Shown: positions 27,051 through 40,266 of the stretch, one piece after another
Numbering within the stretch: position 1 is the first letter of the stretch
Layout: each line of letters starts with the position of its first letter
The notes under the pieces: generated by a model
Database searches by the model: none
What the model was told of the DNA's origin: nothing
Seen by the model: the letters and a program-made list of their open reading frames with translations, nothing else
Made by a program: the position numbers and the translations under genes
Assembly: GCA_030390025.1 (NCBI GenBank)
Contig: CM059431.1
Location: forward strand, 124,560,001-124,624,000
Reading direction: 5' to 3'
Source of the DNA: Squalus acanthias
Taxonomy: Eukaryota
DNA length: 64,000 nt

Positions 27051-27597
27051 GCTGATGGAATAGATGGCAGGTCAAGTAGAAATCAGAGGAGCAATCTGTC
27101 AACGGTGTGATAGGTTGCAACAATGATGTGAGATTGGATGGCGACTTTGCTAGAAGCAGTTGCAGCCTGTAGAAAGCTAATTGTGTGCTGGGAATGCAGT
27201 CAGCAACAGCTTCTCCCTGAGGAAAGTGACCAGCTGTGAGGTGGGAGGTTTTATAATACATTTCATGCTGTCATCTAATCAGCTGGAGCAATGACCACTG
27301 AACTCCTGCCTCAGGCTGACAGACGTGGTTCCCGAGCTGCTGGATCCCGTGGGCAGCCAGGGAAATGTGAAAGGTAGTCTAAAAAATGCTCTTAAGGGTT
27401 TGACAACTACCTGTTAATGATTTGAATTAGCTCGCCCGCCTCTGCCGTTCGGGTCGCTGCCACGCCAGCAAACGTACCCGAGGGAAAGGGCCATGGGGGC
27501 GGGATGATGGCGGGTTCCAAACCACTGTAACTTATTTCAAATTTCCCACCTGACCTGCCTCCAATTGCGCCCGCATGGACCCCAGAAAATTCCGGCC

Positions 27598-27915
27598 AAC
27601 ATAATTGCAATTCTCCCTTGATTCAGCATTTCAAGTCTCTAATTGTTTTTGGACATTAATGATAAATTGGCAATCCTGAGCCTATGGAATGCATGTTTTA
27701 CAGATCTATAATTACCAAGCATTATGTCATTCAAATCATAAATATATTTATTGCAAGTATATTTATGAGTTTGGTTCACATGGACTACATAGAAAACCTC
27801 CCCCTCTCCAAATGTATAAGAAGCACTATATATGGCAGGAGAATGGGCAGCGCACATGGAATGGTGCATTCTTGCAATTACGCACAAGAAATGTTTCTGA
27901 TCTCAGCTTTGTCAT
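27598..27915 (+). repeat. Left arm of an old inverted repeat (continues at about 24129-24160, across the Harbinger insertion)
   Basis: Reverse complement of about 30231-30600, e.g. tggcaggagaatgggca vs tgcccattctcctgcca. Confidence 0.9.
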
Positions 27916-28222
27916 TGGGGGATGAAGTGCACTTCCACATGGAAGATGAGGAAGCAAGTGGACAGACCACCTTGGAAAGAGTCCTGCACATCCCAGGAGC
28001 CAAATCAACAGTAACATTGACAAAAGCCTGGGAGCAATATGTCTGCCTGCTCTCTGAATTGGTAAATGGTGCATAGTGCCAGTACATGTAAAAGGCATCT
28101 TGTTTGTGAATAATGTTTTGTCAGTAGCTGCACATAAAACAACTTTACTTCTGCCTTGTTCCATGAATCAACATTCCGGGGTAGTTATCTGATGTCATTC
28201 AACAAATATTTGTGGTGAACGG

Positions 28223-28565
28223 TTCTCTCTCTCTCTCTCTCTTAGGCAGTCCCTCGGAACCGAGGATGACTTGCTTCCACGCTAAAAATGAGTTCTCAGG
28301 TGACTGATGAGTCCAATGCGGGACCTACAGTCTCTGTCACAGGTGGGGCAGACGGTGCTTGGGTTGACATGCGCTCCTTCCGTTCTTTGCGCTTGGCTTC
28401 CGCTTGCTCCCGGCGAAGAGACTCGAGGTGTTCGGCGCCTTCCCGGATGCTTCTCCTCCACTTTGTGCGGTCTTGGGCCAGGGATTTCCAGGTGTTGGAG
28501 GGGATGTTGCACTTTTTCATGGAGGCTTTGAAAGTGTCCTTGAAGCGTTTCCTCTGCTCACCTGG
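28223..28565 (-). mobile_element. RTE-clade LINE 3' end
   Basis: RKRFKDTFKASMKKCNIP..WKSLAQDRTKWRRSI and the C-terminal zinc-finger-like VCPTCDRDCRSRIGLISHLRTH; (AG)n tail. Confidence 0.88.
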
Positions 28566-28825
28566 GTTAGTGCAGTAATTGCAGGTAAGAATATAACTAG
28601 TTACTACAAAGCATTTTGCTTTTCCAATTTTCCTTTTTTTCCCCCCAACCCCTCCTGTTGCATTAGTGGTACCTCACAACGTTGTTCTCCATGTAAATGA
28701 TTGGAGGGTGAGTGTCCACTATTTTTTTGGGCATGAGGTGCATCACAGCTTAACGGAATTCTTTCTTTACTTGCCATCCACATGTGCAGAATGTGCATAA
28801 GAGATCTTTGAATAGTAATTAGCAG

Positions 28826-29490
28826 TGGGGGGGGGGAATTTTAACTTAAAAAAACCAGGTGGGTTAGGAACATGGGGGTAGTTAAATTGTTAAAAATCAG
28901 AATCCCGAACTGAACCCGCCTCCAACCCACCCACTTCCAGTTTTAATGGAGGCGGGACAGGAGGCGGGATGGGGCAGGCAGCCAACCCGCTGCCAGGAGG
29001 CGGGATGTCAATTTAAATATTTTAATGAGGCTGGAACGCTTTTCGTTAAACTCCATTTTGTTTTTAACTGTAGCTGGTCGGGTTTTATACACTTCATAAA
29101 ACCCGTCAGTTACAGCAAGGTGAGGACTGCTGCATCCAGGAGCTAAGTACCTTTACACCTACCTCCTGGATCCAGGGTCCCTGCCTAAACCCACCACCCC
29201 CCCCCCCCCACCCCCGCCATGTTTGGAGAACCCCTCATTAGGACTCCGACCACCCCCTAGGCTTCCCCGCCGCTACCACACACCCTCAGGCCTCCGATCA
29301 CCCCCCCTCAGGCCTCTGATCCATCCACGAGGCCACTCCCCCCGCTTCTCCTGCCTTTCCCGTGCTCCTCCTGGCCCCGATCTTCTGCAGAACCCCTCCT
29401 TGCTCCTACAGCCACCTTGCGGACAACCTTCGGCAGACCCCCACCCCACCTCCCCCGCTGCACCCAGCCCCTGATGTTCCTTGCATCAGC
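28826..29490. mobile_element. Probable DNA-transposon (Harbinger-like) end fragment leading into the minisatellite
   Basis: Starts ggggggaattttaac and shares sequence with 19017-19265 (aacccNNccacttcc, tttaaatat..aatgaggct). Confidence 0.5.
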
Positions 29491-30195
29491 CCCCGATGAT
29501 CCTCACACCCTCCCCTGATGATCCTCACACCCTCCCCCGATGATCCTCACCCCCGGCCCCGGATGATCCTCCCCCAGCCCCCGATGATCCTCACACCCTC
29601 CCCCGATGATCCTCACCCCCGGCCCCGGATGATCCTCCCCCAGCCCCCGATGATCCTCACACCCTCCCCCGATGATCCTCACCCCCGACCCCCGATGATC
29701 CTCCCCCGGCCCCTGATGATCCTCTCCCCCGGCCCCTGATGATCCTCACCCCCGGCCCCGGATGATCCTCCCCCAGCCCCCGATGATCCTCACACCCTCC
29801 CCCGATGATCTTCACCCCCGGCCCCGGATGATCCTCCCCCAGCCCCCGATGATCCTCACACCCTCCCCCGATGATCCTCACCCCCGGCCCCGGATGATCC
29901 TCCCCCAGCCCCCGATGATCCTCACACCCTCCCCCGATGATCCTCACCCCCCGGCCCCGGATGATCCTCCCCCAGCCCCCAATGATCCTCACACCCTCCC
30001 CTGATGATCCTCACCCCCGGCCCCGGATAATCCTCACCCCCGGCCCCGGAGGATCCTCACCACAGAAGGATCCTCGCCCCCAGCCTCCAATGATCCTCGC
30101 CCCCGGCGATCCTCACCCCCGGCCCCTGATGATCCTCACCCCCAGCCCCCGATGATCCTCGCCCTGGCCCCCGATGATCCTCACCCCCGGCCCCT
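29490..30195. repeat. C-rich minisatellite: 21-23 bp units with a 66-bp higher-order period
   Basis: Units GATGATCCTCACACCCTCCCCC / GATGATCCTCACCCCCGGCCCCG / GATGATCCTCCCCCAGCCCCC; the ORF track shows a 22-aa period. Confidence 0.95.
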
Positions 30196-30230
30196 GAGGG
30201 AGGCTTTTTGCATTTGCTCTCCCCAGCCCA

Positions 30231-30600
30231 GGGACAAAGCAGAGATGAGAAACATTTCCTGTGCGGAATTGCAAGAATGCACAATTCCATGTGCGTTGCC
30301 CATTCTCCTGCCATACGTTGTACTTCTTAAACATTTAGAGAGGGGGAGATTTTGTATATGGTCCACATGTACCAAAATCATAAATATACTTATAAGAAAC
30401 ATATTTATGATTTGAATGACATAGTGCTTCGTAATTGTAGATCTGTAAAATATGCATTCCATAGGCTCAGATGTGCTAATTTAACATTATTGTCCAAAAA
30501 CATTCAGAAGAGACTTGAAATTGCTGAATCAAGGGAGAATTAAGAAGAAAAAGTATTGATTGCAATCATGTTATGTTTGTGATCAAGCTTCATACTACCA
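30231..30600 (-). repeat. Right arm of the old inverted repeat
   Basis: Matches 27598-27915 plus 24129-24160 in reverse complement. Confidence 0.9.
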
Positions 30601-31647
30601 CCTTACAGGAATGTAATTTTAGCACCACATCATTTATTGACTGAACTATCAGATAAATCTCTGTAAAGAACTTCTGTCTAGGTGTGTGTTCCACATCCCT
30701 CTTGGCCTTATGAAGACATCTCAATTTTGGCCAAGAGGATTTGGCACTGCCTTGGCATGTCCAGTATCTACAATGCTAGAACTATAGACTCACAGCTGGG
30801 AAAAGAGATTTTAAATCCTAGTTACTGGCCAATTTTCCCCCTGTCAGTGAGTTCACCAGTTTTGCCCAGGGTACCTGGGGGGAGAAAATGGAAAATTGAC
30901 CAACTTAGGGAATCTTTCTTGAACCATTCAAAATTATCTGGCATTAACAATATTCATGCAAAATTGATAGAGTGCCATTCTAAACAAGGAAAATAGTATC
31001 ATGTAGAATATTAAATTGGCTTAGAGGGTTAAATTATGATAAAAGGTTGCATAAACTTGACTTGTATTCTCTTGAGTGTAGAACATTGAAGGGTGATCTG
31101 ATTGAGGTGCTTAAAATGTTAAAAGAATTTGATGGGGTAGATACGGAGAAATTATTTCCTCTGGTGGGGGAATCAAGAACAAGGAGACATGGGGGAGAAA
31201 TTGGAAGCGTTAGCTCTATTCACTACCGCCATGAAATGTCAAAAAGACGGTGGCCGGTGCTCTTCCGCCAGCTGGTGATGGATCCATCGGCACGGGCCAT
31301 TTTAGAGCTGCCAGTAATGCTGCCTGGAAACACTAGCGCCAAGGACATTTAAATAACAGAAATCGTGATTTAGCCATTTACCTTAACAGCAGCACAGAAC
31401 AGCGACAGGGAGAGCTGGCGTCTGCCAGTAGGAAGCAGGCTGCAGCAGTGATATTTGAAGGCACCATCCCCAATCAGTTGCACCTGACATGGTTCAGCAG
31501 TTTCAGCGGCTGTTTGCTACTTCCTGCAACTGAAACAGCTTTCTTTAGTTATTTCAAGTTTTTATTGGTCGCAAGGAGTGTTGATTCAAGTGCAGAAGTC
31601 CCTCGATATTTTTTAAAGGCTTCCGCTCGCAACACTTGCTCACAGTC

Positions 31648-32820
31648 ATGGGGGCTGTACTGGCAGTTGACCTCGCCCTCCAGGAACTATGGCAGAGGGA
31701 GCGGAGGCAGCGAGAAAGACGGGAACCTGCAAACAGAGGCAGGAGGAGGAGGGCCATGAGGGCTCTCAACAGGAGGCCTTACCCACCTAGGGTCGTTCGA
31801 CAGCACTTCTCTTACCTCCACTTAAGCAAGGAGTAGAGTCTTAGGAGGCTATGCTTCAGCAAGGAGGTGGTCACAGAACTCTGCCACCTCCCACAACCAG
31901 ACCTGCAGTCTGAGAGCAGAGTGACCACAGCTCTCCCAGTATCAGTCAAGGTCACTGTGGCACTCAATTTCTTCGCCAGCAAATCCTTCCAATCTGCAGC
32001 AGGAGTCATAGCTAACATCTCACAGTTTGCCATCTATCGCTGCATACGGGAGGTCATTGAGGCTCTCTACACCAGGAGAAGGGATTATGTTTGCTTCTCT
32101 CTGAGCAGACAGAAGCAGGACAAACATGCATGTGGCTTTGCCAAGATAGAGGGCTTTTCCATGCATGTAGTTTTGCAGGCACCGTAAAACAATCCTGAGA
32201 TCATTTGGAACCACAAAGGCTACCACTCACTTAATATGCAGTTGGTATGCGACCACACACAGCGAACCCTCAATGTCAATGCCCACTATCCTGGCAGCAG
32301 CCATGATGCCTTCATCCTGCGTCAGTCCGGTGTGCCAGCAATCTTCCTGCCACCACAGCAAACTTGAGGGTGGCTGCTCAGAAACAGGGGCTATTCACTC
32401 TCCACCTGGCTCATGACTCCCCTCCACAACCCCAACACTTGTGCCCAGCACTCATATAATGAGAGCCATGCCTGCACCAGGAACATTATCGAGCAGACCA
32501 TTGGGCTACTGAAGCAATGGTTCCGCTGCCTTGACTGCTTGGGAGGAGCCCTCCAGTGTGTCCCATTTCGTGGTGGTCTGCTGCATGCTTCACAACTTCG
32601 CCATCATGAGGCCCAGCCCTTGCCAGCAGGGATTGCGCCAGCACCTCAGGAGGAGGATGAGGGAGAGGAGGATGAGGAGGAAGAGGAGGAAGATGAAGAG
32701 GAAGAGGACAAGAATGAGGACGAGGAGCAAGAAGATGAGGAGGGAGGGAGGAAGGAGGCACCCATTCGTCCATCTGGACTGGCTGTCCATGAGCAGCTCA
32801 TAAGACTCCGATTCGCATGA
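31648..32820 (+). pseudogene. HARBI1-like (DDE_Tnp_4-type) transposase, disrupted
   Basis: MGAVLAVDL..RRPYPPRV, VSVKVTVALNFFASKSFQ, KGYHSLNMQLVCDH, YPGSSHDAFILRQS, YNESHACTRNIIEQTIGLLK; acidic tail; stops and deletions. Confidence 0.9.
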
Positions 32821-33020
32821 AGGAAATGCAGGTCCCCATTGCACACCACATCCCCATCATACCATCCCTGTGTCATGGAATATCACATCGCTCTCTTGGG
32901 CACAAAGGTGAAATGAGACACCCCATAAAATATCCCAAACACAATTAATAAATTTACCAATAATCACAATGCACATATTTGCAATTATACTATTAACTAA
33001 TCATCCTTGTGGAATCCCTA

Positions 33021-34826
33021 AGAGAAGATTTTTTCAGGGTGTCAGCAGGTGCGTTTGGTGATGGGTTGGGTGGAGAAAAAAATGTTTTGACAGTGGGTCG
33101 GGACCTCACTGTCAACCCACCGCCATGCGACTTTCGCAGATGTCAGGCCTGTCAGTGCTGCACAGACCCAACATGCAGCAGCGTGGGAGGCAATTCAGAT
33201 CATTATGACCTTGTTAATAGCCCTTGAAAAAGTATTTTCAGCTCACCATACCATTTTACAAGGTTGCTCATGGGGTCCACACTGCTCGGGGATCACGTAA
33301 GGTAAGCAGGTCGGGAGTTGTATGACCAGGGGGTCATCTCATTACTTGACAGCTGCAAATGTGCTATAAAAGCTCCCATCCCACAGCTGTTCACTTTCCA
33401 AGCTCAGAAGCTGTTGCTTACTGCATTTGAAAGACAGATTGAGCTTTCTGCAGGTTGCAAGTGTTTGGAATAAACTCTCTATCCAGTGTCACCTCATTGT
33501 AACAACCTCTCTCACCATTGACAGATCGCTTCTGTCATCTCAACTTCACCTGCCATCTATTACATCAGCATCGGTGCCCTTGAAACTATCTCACCTTGGT
33601 CCTCAGAATCTCACCATGATCAGCCCCAACACCAGCAGCAACATGCACACCAGCAGCATCAACAACAACACCAACCTTTTCCGCAATCAACTGATGCTGC
33701 ACAGGACACAGGGCATCAGCACCCGACCACATTGCTGCCCGGGAGGCCAGGGATGGCCTCACCATGGCCAGATTTACTTCACTTGACGCTGTAAACCCTC
33801 GCTGCCACAAGTTGCGCCAGGTTGGCATTACCCCACACCAACACCATAAAGCATCCAAATATTGCACAAGCCATTCCTTTCACACTCATCACCATTGCGG
33901 GGGCGGGGGGGGGGGGGGGCGGATACCGTTATGTCTCACCATTCACTGCAACTCACTAAGCCACTTCCAAAGGTGCCCACAAATCTGTCCAAGAACGCAA
34001 AGTGTTGAAAATAAAGGTTTCAATGTTTGACACCACATTAACAGAAACTTTACTTAAACATTGGCTAAAACACCCAAGTGCCTACCCTTGTGTGTTGTGA
34101 GTTGGTATGATTGCACTTGGATGAGGGTGAGTGTGAGGGGTGGCTTGTGAGATGGGGATGTGATAATGTAGATAGAGAGGAATGGGTGGAGTTGCAAGGT
34201 AAGTTGGTGTGAGTAAGGATGTGCAGGAGTAGGGTACAGAAGGCGGAGTGATGTGGATGTGATGAGTGGCACAGCAGGATGAGGGTGAGTGTGGCTTTGC
34301 AGTACCGTTTCGTGATCTACTGAGATCATTGAAAGGTTTGCGCCACTGCAACCAGGTCCTCCTGACGACATCCCTGCTTGTGTCCTCCTGTGCAATGTGC
34401 AACCAGGCTGCGTTGGTCTCCTGGGGAGGTCTCTTCCACCCATTTGAAGGGAAGAGAACCTCCCTGCGTATTGTGACTCCCTCCATAAGCATACGGAGAG
34501 TGTCATGGGAGAGCCTGGGTGCATCCGTGCGCCTATGTGCTGTGCTTGTCAGTGTTTGCAGCACCTCAATGCTGTAGAACACTGACAGCACAATTGTCAA
34601 AATAAATTTGCACATGGTCCTTTTTAGGAAACCGGCTGATGACGTGTCATCAAATGACGTCACCAGACCTGCTTCCTTCAATTGGCCAGCAAACGCGCTG
34701 GGCGGGCTTAACAAGCCCAATCAACGCAAAATCATTCTACACAGCTGGCTGGAGCCAGCAGTGGGGTTGCAACCCATCACCGACGTTGCCCGCCACGGAC
34801 CCAACGAGGTAGGGGAAATTGCGGCC
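33021..34826. mobile_element. Harbinger family C deletion derivative nested in the family B element
   Basis: Ends in aaattgcggcc; minus-strand Myb exon (EGVTIRREVLFPSNGWKRPPQETNAAWLHIA..RRTWLQWRKPFNDL); transposase N- and C-terminal remnants on +. The left boundary is approximate. Confidence 0.8.
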
Positions 34827-37313
34827 TTCGTGTCTGTCTTTCGTGTGGCTATTCCTATTCTAGTGCTCCTATGGAGTGCTCCCCCAGTGGCTGCAGTGTG
34901 GCTGGTGGAAGGCTGCTGACTTTCAGCGAGGGAGACTGCAGATGTCCTTGCAGGACGACCTCGATAAGCTCCAGACCTCGAAGGCCCGGCTGTAGATTGC
35001 ACCACCTCGGCATAAGCGGAAGCATTCTGGGCTGACTGGCTAACAGGCAGCACCAAGGCAATGGCGCAGTGGCAGTGGTGGGAAGAGGAAAGCTGTCATC
35101 CTGAGAGAGGACAGCAGGACCCTGCCCAATGACCCACCGTCACTCCCCCGGGGCAGAGCCTCAGCACTCCCAGCAATCTGTTGGAGCACAGATTGTTGGC
35201 CTGCTGTGACACCCTGCAAGCCCCGGTCGACGGTGGTAGAGCCAGCCACGATGGCAGCAGTCAGAGCTTGGGTGGCTCTGCAATCTCACGCCACATAGAC
35301 CTGGATGTGTGTGGCGAGGGCCTCCTGCCAGTTTGCGGGTATAACACCGTCCAGCTCCTCTCCACCGCGGAGACCAATGCCTGGAGAGCTTCATCGGAGA
35401 ACCTACAGGATCTCTCCCTCCGTCTATGTTCTGCCATCACTACTTGTAAGTGTTGCTTCACCGTCCGCCTCTTCACTGTACTGTTGGGGCAGCTGAACAG
35501 CTGAGCAGCCTGACAATGAAGCGCTGCAGCATGAATGTACCTTCACTTTAAGTTGTGGAAAAAGCCTGTGGCTGTCATGGCTGTGAATTAAACCATCCCC
35601 GAGATTGGTCCACCTCTTCAGTGAAATGCCAATGAGCAGCAGTTTTAGCGCTAAAATCATGACTAAAATCGTGTTAATGAAGAGTGAGGATGAATTTTGC
35701 ATCTTAACTAGACCATTTTCAGGGGCCGCAGTTTAACCTTTTTAGTCTTAGCACGGCCACTATCTCCAATTTTTAGCCCATGATCTTAAAATTAGAACTC
35801 GGCCATTCAGGAGCACTTTTTCACACAAAGGCTAGTAGAAATCTAGTACCCTCTCCCACAAAAGCCTGTGGATGCTAGGACAATTGGAGCTTTCAGGATT
35901 GAGAGAGGTAGATTTTTTTTAAGGTAAAGTTATGAAGGAGTATGGAGCAAAGGCGTAAAAAATGGAGTTGAGGTGCAGGTCAGCCATGAACTAATTAAAT
36001 GGCCTGGCAGCCTCAAGGGGCTGAATGGCCAACTCCTGTTCCTAATGTTCCTATGTTACAGAGAGGGAAACATAGAGGCAAAATATAAAATGAAGTAATT
36101 TCCTATTTTTTATTGCTGATATTAGGAAGTCAGTACTATTAAACACTACCTCCAAATTTAAGCAGCATGTATTTTGTAGAAGACAAATTGTTCTCAAACA
36201 AATCTAAATATATTTTTGAAAAGAACTAAATGACAAGTATGAGTTCCTTAATAAATTATATATTTTTTTACAGATCCTAAATATGGATTTATGGATTTCA
36301 CAACTAAAAAATGCTTGACAGTGAAACAGAAACATTATCCTTCTACTCTGCCTTAATGTCTTCAGTATGAATGGCAACTTTATCCAACTCAGTTCTAATC
36401 TACATATTTCAAGTATAAGCATACCCAATTTATAGTATGTTAAAATTGCACCTCTCTGTGCATTTTTTATTATTATTATTTATTTCTCCATTTTGCTGAG
36501 TGAGTTCCTCCACCTCCCTCAACTAAAAAGGTAGAAGGGATAACTTATTCTCAGGCTTCTATCAATAATTCTGTGAATGGGCTATTGGAAGTGCATAAGT
36601 ACGGCAGGTTGGTTCACCCTCAACATTTTTCCTTTTCATTTCCTCTGGAGAAGTTATAAATTCACTTTTTAATCTCTCCAGGCAGCCCCCAGAGACTGAA
36701 AGTTACCATGTGTCCTGAATCATGCTGCAGAGCCAACATCTCACGAGTCTATAATAGAATGCACCACCAGGCTTCTGAAATATGTTCTTATTCCTGCATC
36801 CGCATTCACTGACAAAAACAGCAGTGTATTGCTTCATGATTCAGTATCTCACTTGACATTTGGTGATTTACAGCTGCAAGAATGCCAACTCATGTTTCCT
36901 CTGTAGTTGCCAATTACTGAGAAGATTTAATTTTACTTAAGTTAAAAGTCAACATTTCTTCTGTGTTCACAAAAGTCTAGTATCTGACTCTTCCAACACA
37001 ATAATTGAAAGTAATAATTGCTCAGATATGAGTTCAATGACTCACTTGACATCAAGAGTTGCACTCGAAGGATTTTGTAGCACTTCCAGTTCCACTTGGG
37101 AAAAATCAACTGTATCAGCTGTGCTGTGTACTAAAACATATTTTTAAAGCACATAAGTGCTTAAATTAAGCTGGTATTGTGATATGAATCTGAAATCTCC
37201 TTTCAGCTGACTAACGCTATTTGCACCTCAAGTTCAATTTTCAGTTTTCAGTATATTTATGCTTTCCTAATACTATATTTTTACATCATGTTAAAATCAT
37301 AGCAATACATTCT

Positions 37314-39320
37314 GGCCTTAAGTTTCCGCTCGTTTGCATTGTATTTCTCGACACAATTCCCCCGATATTGGCGTAACTGGCGCAAAAGATTGCGGGATTT
37401 TAAGCGCAAATCAAGCTAACCTGGGTATGACAAAATAAACAATTCATTATTTCACCTCACACTTTCTGGGGGCTCCATGAACATTTCCTAATTAACCAAA
37501 TTCTCTTGTTTAAATTAATTCTGTTACATCTATTTAATGACTACGACGCCATATTTTTCTCTCTCGATTAATTTTGATGAAAAACTAGACATGCGCAAAT
37601 GGGCTGCCAAACCACAGAAAGTGGTTTTGTTCCGTCCTTAATTGTGTTCACAGAAACAAAAGAAAAACGTTTTGTTTCTGCTTGTTAAGGTTTAAAGGCT
37701 AATTCTGAGAAACGTATGCAGCATTACAAGATGGTGGGCGGAGAGGGATTGAAATAAAAAACGAAAACTGAAAATTGAACTTGAGGTGTGAATAGCGTTA
37801 GTCAGCTGAAAGGAGATTTCAGATTCATATCACAGGAGCAGCTGTGCATTGCTGGGTATCTTCCAGTACAGCAGGACCAGGACAGGAGAGGGTGGCCTGG
37901 AAGCACAGATGGTATAGAAGCTGCACTTCTTGCAGGACAAGCCACCCCAGGCAGATGTACTGCAACACAATTAAGTATCTGGGGATGATTGAGAAGCAGT
38001 GCATGGAAGGCACTTAGGCTCAGCAAGGAGACTGTAAAATATATCTGACACGTGGCCCATGAAGTTGAGCAGAGACAGCCAACCACCCACCACATAACGA
38101 GTGGCCGTGAAGGTCACAATATTTATGATCCTTCCAGGGTTCCGCAGGGGATATCACAGAAGATTTCCAATACTGGATGTCAGACAAGCAGTGTGACAAA
38201 TGATAGGAAGCGGAGGGGTCGATCAAGATGGTGGTGAGGTGGAGCTGGGTGTTGTCAGCGTACATGTGGAATCTGACATTGCATCATCACCACAAGGCCT
38301 GCAGCGGTTAAACCAGGCGCCCCACCATCACCTTTTCAAGGCAACAAGGAATAAGCAATTAATGTGGCCTTACCAGTGTCACTGAACAATATGAGAACAA
38401 TTTAAAAAAAGAACTGGTAAGTTGCTTGTGATACAGAAGGCCTACTACCTCTATTTGCGACTAGCACTGATGCACATGCAGCTGCACCAGGAGTTTTCTT
38501 TGTTCAAGTCACTGTGGCTGCATTGCTTTCAGAGATGGTGCCTGCAGGCGGTTGTGCAGTGCTGTGCAGTGGTGCAAAAATGCAAGTGACATGAATGGCA
38601 ATCAGCTATTCCTGTGCTGTTCCATGTGTGGCACTGGGAGAGGGCACATTCTCACCAGCCCTGCTGATCCGTGAGCGTAGATTGCTCGGCATCTTTGAGG
38701 TCTTTCGACCTCTTTATCATAGTTGTCTGTAATCATTCTGTCAGAAAACTGAAGCCAGTCTAGTCTACTTCTTGGAATTTAAACCCCAAGGTATCCATTT
38801 CAACAACGGGAACAACGTGAAAGATGCTCTTCCTGTCTATGATCTAACCTATTCATGTGGAGCATTGCTTCATACACACAGCAGTGGAAAATAGTATGGC
38901 AACCTAACCATACTACCTTACACTGCTGTGTGCAAGAAGGAATGCTCAACATCCTCTCTTGGCAAGCAAGCCCACTACCGTGTGTAGCCCGTGACAACAC
39001 AGGAGAGGCAGTCAGCATGCCAGACATCTGTTCTGCAACTGTAAGACCTTCAACATCCCCCCTTCTGCTAATCCTTGCTCGGCAGTACCATGCACTCACC
39101 ATTGCTCTCTACATAATGGCAGATTGCTGTGGAAACTTAGCCAACTTAGCCATGCCACTGCATGCTTCATTATTCACATCATTAAATAAATGTCTGACAT
39201 CTCAGTCCTCAGCCTCTTACACTGTTCCAACCAAGCTCAATGTAAGGTCGATTAGGCACGTTACATCGAGTTCAAAAATTTCAGACCATAACCTCTGCCC
39301 CTATTTTTTCAGGTGGCAAC
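37314..39320. mobile_element. Highly decayed Harbinger-like remnant with an L2 fragment (about 38196-38280)
   Basis: aggctcagcaaggagactg (RLSKET) and gtggccgtgaaggtcaca (VAVKVT) on +; L2 motif MYADNTQL on -. Confidence 0.5.
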
Positions 39321-40266
39321 TATTACATAGGATTACATATGATGTACGGCACAGAAACAGACCATTCGGCCCAACCAGTCCATGCCGGCGTTTATGCTCC
39401 ACTCGAGCCTCCTCCCGTCTTTCCTCATGTATTTCTGTTAGCATAACCCTATATTCCCTTCTCCCTCATATGCTTGTCTAACCTCCCCTTAAATGCATCT
39501 ATACTATTTGCCTCAACTACTCCCTGTGGTAGCCAGTTCCACACTCTCACCACTCTCTGGTTAAAGAAGTTTCTTCTGAATTCCCTATTTGATTTCTTGG
39601 TGACTATCTTCCGTTGATGGCCTCCAGTTATGCTCTTCCCCACAAGTGGAAACACTCTCTCTGTATCTACTCTATCAAAGCCTTTCATAATTTTAAAGAC
39701 CTCTATTAGGTCACCCCTTTGCCTTCTTTCTTCAAGCGAAAAGAGACCCAGCCTGTTCATCCTTTCCTGATAAGTATACCCTCGCATTTCTGGTATCATC
39801 CTTGTAAATCTTCTCTGCACCCTCTCCAGTGCCTCTATATCCTATTTATAATGTGGCAACCAAAATTGTACGCAATACTCCAAATGTGTTCTAACCAAGG
39901 TTCGATATAAGTTTCGCATAACTTCACTACTTTTCAATTCTACCCCTCTAGAAATAAACCCTAGTGCCTGGTTTGCATTTTTCTGGCCTTGTTAACCTGT
40001 CTCGCTACTTTTAGTGATTTGTGTATTTGTACTCCGAGATCCCTTTGCTCCTCTACCCCACCCAGACTCGCACCCTCCAAATAATAAGTGACCTCCCTAT
40101 TCTTCCTACCAAAATGTAATACATCACATTTATCTGTGTTGATTTTCATTTGCCAATTATATGCCCATTCTGCAAGTTTATAAATGTCTTCCTGTAATTC
40201 GTTGCAGTCCTCCTCAGTATTAACTTCCCCCCCCAATTTGGTGTCATCCTCAAATTTAGAAATTAT

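Larger units (their letters stand above)
24161..27597. mobile_element. Harbinger family A element (3437 bp): Myb/SANT gene (+) and internally deleted transposase (-), convergent
   Basis: 15-bp TIR (A/G)GCCGGAATTTTCTG / CAGAAAATTCCGGCC; TSD AAC at 24158-24160 and 27598-27600. Confidence 0.92.
31191..35779. mobile_element. Harbinger family B element: transposase (+) and Myb/SANT remnant (-), carrying a nested element
   Basis: Ends GGGGGAGAAATTGGA / TCCAATTTTTAGCCC; flanks cat|...|atg; minus-strand ERSCRFSDEALQALVSAVERSWTVLYP at about 35270-35437. Confidence 0.88.
31020..36055 (+). mobile_element. CR1 3' end split by a Harbinger (pieces about 31020-31190 and 35780-36055)
   Basis: LYSLECRTLKGDLIEVLKMLK..ESRTRRH, resuming atgatcttaaaattagaact and ending in the CR1 3' UTR. 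Confidence 0.85.

Noticed and set aside
27684..28076. 130-aa ORF as a real protein gene
   Set aside because: No recognisable domain or splice context; its similarity to 30181-30462 is explained by the inverted repeat.
29490..30195. CRISPR-like array or Pro-rich coding ORFs
   Set aside because: The units abut without unique spacers, the context is vertebrate, and the ORFs are artefacts of the tandem repeat.
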